From Dudresnaya verticillata (lineage: Eukaryota), in NCBI GenBank assembly GCA_977862235.1, contig OZ374562.1, positions 2,852,001 to 2,888,170 of the forward strand: DNA of 36,170 nucleotides. Reading direction: 5' to 3'. The notes beneath the pieces were generated by a model. That model was not told where the DNA came from and ran no database searches. It saw only the letters and a list, made by a program, of their open reading frames with translations. Shown here piece by piece: positions 22,359-33,419 of the stretch. The position numbers and the translations under genes are program-made. The stretch's first letter is position 1. The number at the start of each line of letters is the position of its first letter.

Positions 22359-25300
22359 ATGACTCCATCGGAAGCTGAGTCCGTTTCTGAACTTAAAAAG
22401 GCGGAAGAAGGACTGTCGGAAAGTGGGGTTGTAATCATACCTGAGATCTCACATCCATTTTGCCGCAGGTCCAGGTCTGGGATACACCTTGGGAAAGAGC
22501 AATTAGAAAACTTTCGCAATCATATTCGGAGATGCGAAAAGCCTGCCGAGGGGAAGAAAAATCGAGGTCTCTTCACTTCCCTGCAGAAAGTGAAGGCCTC
22601 CGTTGTACCGAGCTGCACCGAGACGGAACGTGAGCATTACTTTTCCACCGTGAAAAATGATGAATGCAGAGGAAGAGTACGGTCACTGTCATTTCTCCCT
22701 GTGGTTGAGGTGTACCCGTGTCGCGTATGCCACCATAGCAGCCCTACGATACGGGGTCTCTACCAGCATTGCCGCTAGAAGCACGTGCAAGCGATGGAGA
22801 ACGTTACCTTGTCCGATCTTCGAAAAGAAGTACGACCGGAAAAGGCTCAGAAACTATTCAAAAAAGGTGGACAGTACTTCTTGGTACGAGAAGACGGTGA
22901 TGAAGGGAGTAGATCTACATCCGACGTGGCCAACAGTGTTGCCCAAGGAATCATCCACTGTCTTAAAGATGTTGAGGAGGAGAGAAAAGTTTCCGTTCTT
23001 TCGCAGGAGCCGCGTTTGAGTGCCATGGGAAACTTTGCATGTGACACACGGGCGGATTTGAAACTGAAAGAGCTTGGTATCAGCATTCAGAAGGCTGCGG
23101 AAATGAGTGCCAAGGCACACAAAAGCCGCTCAGTCTTCCGCATACCCGAGACGAAAGTTCTCAAGTGGTTCAATGACACCCTGATGAAGATTTGCAGAAC
23201 TGCTCGTGCTGCGGGCACAAGGCCAAACATGGGATCGACCAGGATACTTCTCGCCGTGCGGGCCCCCCTGGCATGGACTGCGATAGGAAGAAGGAGTTCC
23301 GATGGGTCCTTGATGAAAGTGAACAAAGGTACAGGAGGGAGATGTCCGAGGTACTGGTAATGACTCTCCGTTTGTGTCAGGAGACGGCACTAATCACCTC
23401 CCAAGAGATTGTAGACGCCGCAAAGGAAGTTGTCCGGAAGGTGGAAGCATCGCGCACCGAACGACCGCGCACGGCCTCGATTGAAAGTTTGCAATCGAGG
23501 CCGGGCACCAAATGGGATCACATGCGGGCTGTACATCGGTTGCTCGAAGCCATTCTGTACGAGAAGAGTAGCGTACAATCCGGGAGTATAACAGCAGCAA
23601 GTGTTATTTGTGGTTGCTTGGGAGTGCGACTGACAGAGAGAGGAGTCGCTCTGTCGCGAGGTGTAGAAGTTTCCCCCACACTTTCTGCAGTGGCATACAT
23701 TGCGGGCTGCTGCGCGATTCTCTCCATCGTGCACTGGCCATCTTCTGGGGATTCCGACGAGGAGGTTGAGAGATTTCGGAAAGATCACAGGTCTGGAGGC
23801 AACCTCGGTATCCATGTGTTGCAAGAACTGGCGGCAAAAACTCGCAAGCATAGAAGCTCAGAGAGTTCGCGGTGTACATGGACGGTGTGTGATGATCCGA
23901 GGCACAAGGAGGAACACTGTGGGTTTGTGCTTGGGATCCATATCAGCGCGAAGCGCATTGGAAGGTGTGTGAGACGTATGCAACGGAGGATATTGGGGCT
24001 CATAACAACGAACGAGGGCTTCATGAACGGGGTTGATCTTCCAGAAGACTTTCAGGAGAGACTCTCCGTCGTCATCGAGAATCCGAAGGAGACCAAGTCA
24101 CCGTACATTTTTTTCGAAGACGAGGGAAATCGAGATGTTGTGATAGACTGCCGTGCGTGTGTGAGACGAGCGATAGGTCAACTCGGAATTCTTCCAGCTC
24201 GAGAGGCGCACAAGAGAGCTGTGAGTATGCTATCCCTTATACAGGAGTCTGTGGAGCTAGTTTGTGCATGCATCCATCTGTCTGGGGGAAATGTTGCTCG
24301 CGGATCGGAGGTGGGATTCATGGCAACCAGGAACAATGGGAGTGGCCCGAGGGGGTTCCAACTTCACGGTGGGGCCAGATTGACTTGCATACCGAGTCAC
24401 AGCAAGACCAGGTCGCAGAAGGAAGGTATGATGAAGTTCACGAGCAAGAATCCCGATGTGGTGTCCAGTAACTTGTACAAGGCCATGGTTCTTCTTGGGG
24501 TAGAGTTGCGAGTAGCACTCATGAAATACCTCGGCAGGAGCGTCAAAAAGGACAGTTACGATTACCTTCTTCCAACTGTCCCGATGAGGAATGACGCTCT
24601 AAAGGTCATGGCAAGCCAGTGGAATCGGTATGGGCTTCCACAAGGATACAACGGGGAGAAGCACCGGCAATGGTTTGGCGGTTACAGTATTGACAAGTCA
24701 CAGACAAATCGGGAAGTACTATTTGCACTGAAGAGAGGTGTAGAATGTTATGAGGAGGAAGAGTCCAACGTAGGTCACACGTTGGAGCTGCAAGGTGGGC
24801 ACAGCAGGAAAATTGCTGAGCAGCACTATGGAAAGTGCGTCTCGACCATTGGTAGCGAGGGCGTGGTCGACGACCGCAGTATGAAGTTGTTCCTGGCGGC
24901 CACGAATGACTGGCATAGTGACTGCGGGTTGGTCGGCCACGACGATTGGGACACTTTTGAGTCTGTAGCTGAAGATGAAGCTCCAGTGTTCGAGAAGAAG
25001 AACAAACAGAGGAAGCGCCGAGTTGGGAATAATTGTACAGAAAAGGTGCCAAGAAAGGCGAAGAAGATGAGGAGAAGCCGTGCCGCGAAAGTCCCTGCCC
25101 CGGTTGAGAACGAGCAACCGAAGGCAACGAAGAGACGAGAATCAGCCGACTTATCTCTTTTTCGGCCAGTGCCCGAACACATTCGAACAACCACGGCGAT
25201 GGCGGTCGCTAAGGTTGCAGGTGTGGGGCCGAGGCCGGATGTATGCATGGAGATAGAGAATACAAGGCATACATCGACTCTAGCGGAGGAACCGATGGTG

Positions 25301-28023
25301 CCGGCTGAGATTGCAAGGTTGCAATCGAGGCCGAACGGTGGAAAAGAGGTGGAAAAAAAGGCTTGTTTGACCTCGGTGGAGAATCCGAGTCTAGAGGAGG
25401 AAGTGATGGTGGCGGCCGAGGTTGCAAGCTGCGAAAAAGAGGTGGAAAAGCAGACTTGTTTGACCTCGGTGGAGAATCCGAGCCTAGCGGAGGAAGCGAT
25501 AGTGCCGGCCCAGATTGCAAGCTTGCAATCGAAGCCGAAGGGGGGAAAAGAGGTAGGTGAACAGGCTTGTTTGACCTTTCAGCGGTTGCTGTACGGAAGG
25601 AGGTCAATTCGGGAAATGGACATTTTCGAAAGGTTGCATTTGTGGGCAATGGATCGAATGGAGACGGAGGACTGTGCTCCGAGTGGCGAAGCAGATGAAA
25701 ATGGTAGTGGAACAGCCGCCGACATGGTTGAAAATGTACATCCGAGGTCGGACAAACAGGCAGCTATGGCGCCCACGGAGGAGCCAGGTACTTCAATGGA
25801 TCCAGTGGTTCCGAACAGTGTTGCAAGTGTGGAAGAGGGACCGGCCGTGGGAGTGGAGGCGAAAGAACAGAAGGGCATGGCGCCTTTGACCTCGCCAAGT
25901 AGTCCACGGGAACCCAGCCGTGGCGAATCCCTTGGTACGAACAATGCGGACCCATCGTCCGGAAGTGGCGTGAGTGGGGAACGAATGTATGAAGTCACAG
26001 GTAGTGCCGAAGATCAAGACGAGTTGATGAGCATTGGAAGTCCAGGGAGCACAGCAAATGAGGAAGATTTCGATGCAGAGGACGAGATCGGATTCCCGTT
26101 CCAGCGAGATGTTGACGTAGAAGAACACCTCCGAAGGGTGCTGAGGACAACAGAAGCGCAGTTTCGAAGTCCGGAACAGCGAAGAGCGATGGAGGTTGTT
26201 GCTGAGGGTGTTGTGGACGCCTTGATCGTGTTGAGGACGGGAGGTGGCAAGACAGCCGTTATATTTGGACCCTGCACCAACGAGGCAGGCGTGACAGTGT
26301 TCATTTAGCCATTGAAATCCCTCTCTAAAGAGATTGAGAAGAGGTGCCGGGAAGCTGAGCTCGTCTTTCACACGCTGAATGATCTCCGAGACCGAGAGAC
26401 GGGATCATCTTTGGAACGCGGCATTTTGCTTGTGCAGCCTGAAGCTGTAAATTCCAAGAAATACGTGGAAGTTGTCGGGAAATTGTACGCAAGAAGGTTG
26501 CTCTGCCGATTTGTGGTGGATGAAGCGCATATGATTATACAGTCTGCGCACTACCGGTCTTGTATGACGGCAATGAGGCTTGTGCGCCCAGATGGCATAC
26601 GCGCACAGACTGTCCTGATGACGGCGACGGCACCGCTGTGTCTCGAGGATTCCATTATTGCAGCGAATGGATGCGACCCTTGCAAGACAGTTGTTGTGCG
26701 AGGTTTTCTGAGAAGAGACAACGTGTCAATCGTAGTGAATAATCTCGAGAATATGGAAGAGTTTGAAATTCGAAACGTATTGAAAGAATCCGTTGCCGCG
26801 GCGATTCGTGAGATCAGGGCCAAGGGTGGTGGAAAGTGCCTAGTATCTGTTCTCACGCGAAGCGATGCAGACGAGTGCAGCAGTCTGATCCGCAGGGCGC
26901 ATATAAAGGAAGCAGACGTGACGGTGAGGTGTTATCACAGTGGTATGAGGGATATACAGAGGGAGGGAAATGCCGACACGTGGTGTCAGACGGGTGCCTC
27001 TAATGGGAAGATATTTGTGATGGTTGCAACGGATGGGTTCGGTACCGGAATAGATGCACCCGATGTGCGCCGTGTGATTATCTTTGGCTGCACGAGGACC
27101 ATGCTGGACATGGCACAGATAGCGGGACGTGTGGGCCGAGATGGGTCGCGTGGCGTCGTCACGGTGCTATTCCATCCTTCCTTTCGTGATCGTGCAAATG
27201 TATCGGAGAGCAGTGCAATCCCACTTCTAGATGACGTGATTCGATGGATCACAGACACTAGGTCGTGCCGGAAACTGGCACTGGAAAGATATCTTGGGTG
27301 TCCTGCTGGAACGGAGGAGTGCTGGGAGCGCAGAGGAGACGACTCACAAAGCACATCCATGTGCGATGTATGCGAGAATATGTTGCTGGGAGGAGCCGAA
27401 GCGGAATCTGATTCGAACTGCCGTACGACCAACCCAGTACAGAATATTCGCTGTCACGCCCCTCCGCCACCTCGAAACGTTGTAACTGTAATCAAAACGG
27501 AAGAGGTTAAACGGAGCGTGGAATGTCTCCGCGCACTTGTTTCCCGAATGGAGAGCATATGCCCACCATGCGTTGGCAACAGCAGGGGGGCACGTACAGT
27601 CACAATATTCATTGTTACAGCGGGAGGTGTCTCCGATGTCTTGGCTCTGGGCACGACGCATATCAGTGCCCAGTCAGACCGATAGCCAGGAGGGGTACCA
27701 AGGTGACAGGATGCACCGAATGTTCGATAAGAACGTTTGGAGGCGAGCGGGTGCACCACGGAAACGGCACACGGCGTGGCGGGACGAATGAATACAGCAA
27801 TCGGGCGTTGTGTCCCTTCTGGAAGCCCGTAGTAGCCTCGTTTGCCTGTTGGAGAAATCCTGTCCTGAAACGGCGGATGTTATCAGAGTTGATGGATAAG
27901 GGCTTAAGTGGGAACTTTTCCGATAATGAATTCTCCAAATGGCTTTTGAACGATCGCGTTCTAAAACCGCCAGGCATTCTCTTACAAGTTGCGCACACGC
28001 GATTAAGGTTTACAGGTGTTTAG
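22359..28023 (+). pseudogene. Telomere-linked RecQ helicase with N-terminal C2H2 finger and tyrosine-recombinase-like domain (~1,890 codons; 2 in-frame TAG, 2 frameshifts)
   Basis: C2H2 CRVC-x12-H-CR*K-H (TAG at 22776); -1 shift inferred in the C6 run 23263-23268; YR-like ARGSE, SKT, HRQ, GGHSRKIAEQHY; helicase Q motif FRSPEQ, I TGGGKT, Ia VFI*PLKSL (TAG at 26306), II DEAH, III TATAP, V ATDGFGTGID, VI QIAGRVGRDG; RQC-type CRK..C..CDVC; -1 shift inferred in the G6 run 27585-27590; C-terminal CLRCLGSGHDAYQC knuckle. Start is uncertain (TTTCCAG before the ATG may be a splice acceptor). Confidence 0.9.
25205..25575 (+). repeat. Coding tandem repeat (93-111 bp units) in the linker between recombinase-like and helicase domains
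   Basis: Repeated LAEE.MVPAEIARLQSRP..GKEVEK.ACLTSVENPS peptides; each unit carries one copy or half of the 34-bp palindrome. Confidence 0.85.
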
Positions 28024-28032
28024 GGGTTTAGG
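28019..28032 (+). repeat. Short interstitial telomere repeat overlapping the helicase stop codon
   Basis: TTTAGGGGTTTAGG; the TAG at 28021-28023 ends the ORF. Similar seeds at 28144-28167 and 29387-29399. Confidence 0.6.
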
Positions 28033-29570
28033 ATATGAGGGTTGCACGCGTGCGCGAGGCGAATCGGCTTGCGCTTCTACTGGTAATAAAAACGTGAGGC
28101 TGAGGGAGTGTGGTGGGATGGAGGCTGACAGTGCTAGGAGGTGGGTTAGGGTTAGGTGTAGGGTTAGTTTGGATGGCTTGGTACGCGAGGGGTATGACAT
28201 TAGTGGTGTAAATGGTGTAGAGTTAGTGCATGGAATGCATCATGGTGGTAGAAGGAATGGATCCATGTGGTGGATGAATTGGATTGAGGGAGTTGGATAC
28301 ATAGTATAGGAATAGATTTAGCAACGGGATGATGGGATGGAGGAGCAGGGAAAGCCTTGAGGGGACTAAGTCTGGTGCTGTGTGCTGTGTAAGGGTGGCC
28401 TGGCGAGTTGCGGGCATAACAGTGGCTGTCTGCGGTTGGTTTAGTTGTCTAGTACGAGGGGTCGTACTGTTAGGGTTTAGTGTAGTGTTCGTGCATGCAA
28501 TGCACCTTGCTGGCGGATGGAATGGATCAATGCGAGCTAGGGTTGGATCAACGGGCTCTATAGATTGGATTCAGTGCTGGTTTGATTGAATCAAGGAGTC
28601 AGAACGTCCGTGCGCTGGTTGACTGTGTATATATTAAGTACCATGCTTATATTAAATTCTATAAGGTTCTGGGTCATTAATTTAATCGTCCCACGTGTAT
28701 AGCATGCCCTCATGAGGTACTGGGGAAATTTACAGTGGCAGGGGTGCAGCAGCGCCTTTACAGCGCCTGGTAGTTGTGAACAATCGCCCTGGTTGGTGTA
28801 CACACGAAGGCTTCAAAAAATACGTGATTTCTAGGTGAAGGAGGCCTCTAAAATTGATTTGGAGCCTAATTCGACATCACTGGACCAAATGGCGGCTTCC
28901 TATTGGATCCCATGTATAGCTAGTACGCAGGCGGACGCATGCAAACCTGCGTAAACACATGCGCCAGGGCATGTCAGGCGGGCGAACGTACCATTGGCCA
29001 GAAAATAATCTTGGAAAAATTAAGCGCGCACTGCGTTTGGCGCTGTGTAAGTTACGGAAAAGGATGCAAGTAAATTTTTCCGGATGAAAGGACGATCAGG
29101 GCAAGCAATATTATTGGACGGACGCATGCATCACATGTAAGTTTTGCTGCCGCATGTCTGCGCGTGTCATGCGCGTGCCAGACGCGTGCCCAGGCTGTAT
29201 TACCGGTGCGTTTTCCGCACCTTTCGTCACTGTAGGCTAGTACGGTGGTGGATATTGTGAAGTCTACGCATGTGGGGGGTCCTATTTTCGCCTGTTCGTT
29301 GCTTAGGCGTTTTTGGGTTATCATATGTAATGGTTTGTGCGGGGTTTTGATGCGGTGATGGGCGTTTGTTGTGGTGGGGGTTTGTGTTTAGGGGTTAGGA
29401 GGGTTATCGTGGGGGTGTTTAGGAGTATTATTGAGGTTTATGGGCAGGTTTTGTTGTTTGGGTGTTTTCTGATGTGTGCTTAGGGAGTCATTGTAGGCGC
29501 TTCTAGGGGTTTTGGTAAAGATTTGTGGGTTGTTGACTTGGGTGGCGGTTAGGTGGCATGCGATAGGGAA

Positions 29571-30395
29571 TGAAATGCGTACGGCGTACGCATTCGGTGT
29601 GGCGAGAGATATGATCAGGACTGGAATGCGTACGGCGTACGCATTCCGTATGCAAAGGAATAAAGCTGGGGCTGAAAGGCGTACGCCGTACGGATCTGGG
29701 CGACTGTACGGTTTGCGCGCGGTGTGTGGTGTAATAAAGCCTGGAAGCAGTTTAAACGGCATATAATATTTGCGGGAGGCTTTTGTATTTTGTATCACGG
29801 TTTTGGCGCGCGCGGACTGAAATGCGTACGGCGTACGCATTCGGTATGGCGAGGAGTATGACAAGGAATGAAATGCGTACGGCGTAGGCATTCGGTGTAG
29901 CGAGGGATGTGATCAAGAATGAAGTGCGTACGGCGTACGCATTCGGTGTGGCGAGAGATATGATCAGGACTGAAATGCGTACGGCGTACGCATTCGGTGT
30001 GGCGAGAGATATGATCAGGAATGAAATGCGTACGGCGTAGGCATTCGGTGTGGCGAGAGATATGATCAGGACTGGAATGCGTACGGCGTACGCATTCCGT
30101 ACGGAAAGGAATAAAGCTGCGGTTGAAAGGCGTACGGCGTACGGAACTGGGCGACTGTACGGTTTGCGCGCGTTGTGTGGTGTAATAACGCCTGGTAGCA
30201 GTTTATAGGCCGTATAATATTTGCGGGAGGCTTTTGTATTTTGTATCACGGTTTTGGCGAGCGCGGACTGAAATGCGTACGGCGTACGCATTCGGTATGG
30301 AGAGGAGTATGATAAGATCTGAAATGTGTACGGCCTACGGATTCCATGTTGACAGTAATGTGATGAGGGCTAGAATGACTGCTGCGTACGGATTT
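29571..30395. repeat. 51-bp tandem array with palindromic core AATGCGTACG-G-CGTACGCATT and 451-bp higher-order period
   Basis: Units start at 29571, 29622, 29673, 29818, 29869, 29920, 29971, 30022, 30073, 30124, 30269 and 30320, with a degenerate unit near 30371. The block starting at 29571 recurs at 30022. Confidence 0.95.
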
Positions 30396-30726
30396 GGGAC
30401 TAGTGGAGTAGTGTATGCAGCGTTGTTGTAAGGCAGAGATGAATTTGATTCCTGCTGTGGGGAAGGGTGTAAGTGATGTACGGGTTTTGGTGGCTGTTGT
30501 GTAGTTTTGGCGGGAAAAGAATTGCGCGGGAGAGCTTTAGCAGTCTGCGTGTCTGAGATATATGTGTTGTTCGACTATTGCGGTGGATTGTGTATTGGTG
30601 TGTTTGAATCGCAGTGCTTTTGAAGATGAGTCCAGTGTCTTTGCATGGTTGTCGCAGCTTTAGGAGTGGAATCGATATATAGATGAAAGTACGGAACGCG
30701 GAAACGGTGTAGGTTTTATTTCATTG

Positions 30727-31880
30727 CTAGGTAGCGGGCGTTTGGTTTTTAAGAGGAGGTGTTCCCATGATCGTGGTGTAGAGCCACGGGAGGATGTAGC
30801 AGATACCGGGTTCTTTGAAGTCGTAGAGGCCCCGGCGCCAATATGTGAAGGAAAGAGTGTTGTTGAGCGAAGCGAGATCCGGGAAGGAGGAGAGCATTGA
30901 TTTTTTGAGATGATCCAACTCCCATGCATTTATAGCCATGGACATGACTGCTTTCCAGTAACAATGTCGCTTGCCGAATGTTCCGGCGTCATGGAGGCGT
31001 TGCCCTTGGAAGTTGCCCAGCGAGCAGGAGTAGCATCTGCTTCCAGCTTGTGCTTTGAAGGATGTGCATTTGGAAGCGATATGGTCATTGGACGCGCATC
31101 GGAGACATTTTCCATTGTAACACTCTCTTGTTGCAGTGGCCTTGGAATCTTCATGCTTGACGGGGGTTTGGCGATGAATGGAGCAAACCGGGCAGAAGGA
31201 GGAGAGTTTCTGAGCGATTTCGATGATGTCAGAGAGTGGTGGGTGTGAAGAGGGGTTGGCAGGTAGGGGTGGTTCCTGCTGGACAACGGATTGGGTGACA
31301 GGGGGTGGAGTGTTGTTGGCAGGAAGGATGTTGCTGGGAGCGTTGAAGTGTGCCGGTGCGGGTGTGCAAGCTTGTGTTCGGATGCACGTGGCGCAAGGAA
31401 CCATATTTCGTTGATGGCAGGACTGGGACTGTTGCAATCCATCAGCGAAGGAGTCGAGAGCGAAGGCATATGGTGTTGTTTTGGAGGAATTCATGGAGTT
31501 GCCGCATGTGTTCTTCTTGAAGATCGTAGTGGTCTCCTGGCTCGCGCTGAGTACGCCACAAGTGGTCTGTGGTGTGGAAGACGACGGACTCGGCTGGCTT
31601 GAAGTCGCGGCCGGCCCTTCCACTCTGTTGAATGAAGGCGAGGAGGTTTGTGGGCATTCCGGCGTGTAGAACTGCTCGGACGGTTGGGATGTCAATACCG
31701 CATCCAAAGCCGCAGGTGGCGATCATGATGGCTGTTGTGCGCGGGCGGGACCATTGCTTCTGTGCGGTCTTGCGGTCTTCATCGGTGCGATCGGAATGAT
31801 AGAGGAAGGCGTTGAGGTCGGGGTAGAGAATCTTGATAAAGTTGTGGAAGTCCTCGGATAATTGCTTTGTGCTGAAGGTG
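30727..31880 (-). pseudogene. Decayed second RecQ paralog (helicase-C, RQC-type Zn and Cys/His-rich tail), convergent with the first
   Basis: YHS, IATCGFGCGIDIPTVR, QQSGRAGRD, then a frameshift near 31460 into LDSFADG..C..CATC and CPVC..CYNGKCLRCASNDHIASKC..CYSC..H..C.W, co-linear with the + gene tail. No motif I or DEAH recognisable upstream. Confidence 0.88.
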
Positions 31881-31976
31881 TTTGCCAGGGTCGGGTGGTA
31901 CGGAGGGGAAGGGGAGCAGGCAAGATGTGTGGCAGGGGTGGAAGAGGGTGGGGATAGGGAAGGGATGAGTGATCTC

Positions 31977-32003
31977 TGTGTGTGTGTTTGTGTGTGTGTG
32001 TGT
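31977..32003 (+). repeat. (TG)n microsatellite
   Basis: Near-perfect TG run with one interruption. Confidence 0.8.
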
Positions 32004-33419
32004 GGTTGCGGGGTTGCGGGACGGGGAGGGGGTGAGTGATCTGAGGGACGAAAGGGGCGTGTGCGGTATAGGGGATCGGAAGGAAACGAGATGTCAGGGG
32101 GGGTTGTGTGGATGGGGGGTATAGTATTGTGATGAGGGTGTGTGCGCGTATAGGGGGGTATGGGTATGGGTGTTGTGTATTGTGATCGGTATAGTTTGGC
32201 GCGAAAAAGCGGAAGAATGGAATTGCGCGGGAATACTGCGGAAAATATGCATATGACCAAAAATGTTTAATTAACTGTAAGGAAGAGTTGGGTGGAAAGA
32301 GGCTTTCGGCGCGTGGGAGGGAAGGTGCGTGGGTCTTCGACAAGGCCGAGTGAAGTAGTACCTTAAATGCAGAGGCGGTTGTGGGGAAGGAGGGTTACGG
32401 GAAGCCGGCGGGGGAAGGGGAACGGGAAGGAAGGGGGAAAGGGGTTTAAAATTTTGTAAGATGTAGAAATTGGTTAGGGGTGCGCCGGTGGATGGGTGCT
32501 CGAGATTCATTCTCCTGAGAAATTATGAGAAATTATAATAATAAAATAGGGATGGCATACGAAAGGTGGGAGGAGGAGAGCGGGCGTGCAATTTTGTTGC
32601 GCTGGAAGTCAAAACGCGGCGTGCTTGCGTGCAACGGATTTCTGTCGCTGTGCAGGCTTTAGGAGCTACTGTTGCGGTATTGTGACGCGAGCAAGAGCAT
32701 TGTGACGCTGCCTGTGAAGCTGTGCTGTGAGATGAGCGGAGGAGAACCGGCAGCCGAAGGCTGCAGGGTTGGGCACAAGAATCGGTGTGTTGGTAGGATG
32801 CCGGGCGGGGAGGCATCGGTATCGTTGGGCAAAATGGTGTCTGTTTGGCGTTTCCATGGAGGGAAGGGAAAGTTTGGAAATGTGGACGGGCGAGGGAGTG
32901 TGCGGATGGAGAGCGAGGAGCGGAAGGGGAGTGAGTCTTGTATGGTGTGGGATGACATGGAAAGGGTGAACTTGGTGTGGGATGCGATGTGTGGGGAGAG
33001 GAGGGGATGGTGGCGGGGGCAGGGAAGAGGCGTGGTTCAGGAGAGGGTGCAGCTAATTGGAGAGGAGATGGATCGTGTGGAGAGGTGTGGGTGGGAGTTA
33101 CCTGCGTGGCTTTGCAAGAGCCCTGGATATGTGACGCTGTTTCTGCGCTGCGTGCTGTACGATGTGTACGTGCGTTGGAGCAATGTTGGGGAGAGTGTTG
33201 GGGACGGGTATTCGTTGTCAGTTGGGTCACAGCTGGAGGTGCGGCGGGAGAGTAATGTGAAAATTAGAAGGAGTGTGGACGAGGTGTGTCGGAGGATGAA
33301 GAGTGTTTTTCTGGAGGGTCGAAAAGCGATGAGGGAAGGGGTTGAGGAAGAGTTGGAGGGAGGCGTTGGAGAGGAGAACTGCGGTGAGAAAGAGGGTGGA
33401 GAAGATGAACTATTGGGCT

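Larger units (their letters stand above)
20873..25844. repeat. Dispersed 34-bp palindrome family CCGGCCTCGATTGCAAG|CTTGCAATCGAGGCCGG
   Basis: Copies start at 20873, 20954, 21023, 21178, 22041, 22171, 22264, 23471, 25301 and 25505; half copy at 25412; degenerate copies at 25205, 25718 and 25811. Confidence 0.92.
19852..33419 (+). mobile_element. ~13.57-kb subtelomeric helicase-encoding unit (Y'/TLH-like)
   Basis: The sequence starting at 19852 recurs at 33420, defining the period. The unit contains the recombinase-RecQ gene, a second RecQ remnant and palindromic repeats. Mobility is inferred, not shown. Confidence 0.6.

Noticed and set aside
22776..26308. Alternative genetic code with TAG as a sense codon
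   Set aside because: TAG appears to end other frames (9769, 28023), pol is broken by TAA and TGA as well, and frameshifts co-occur; decay or error is simpler.
29388..30291. ORFs with 17-aa repeats (TPNAYAVRIS)
   Set aside because: By-product of the 51-bp DNA repeat; the DNA palindrome explains the conservation.
29571..30395. CRISPR array (palindromic repeat with regular spacing)
   Set aside because: The spacers are near-identical to each other, there are no cas genes, and the context is a eukaryotic telomere; it is a tandem repeat.
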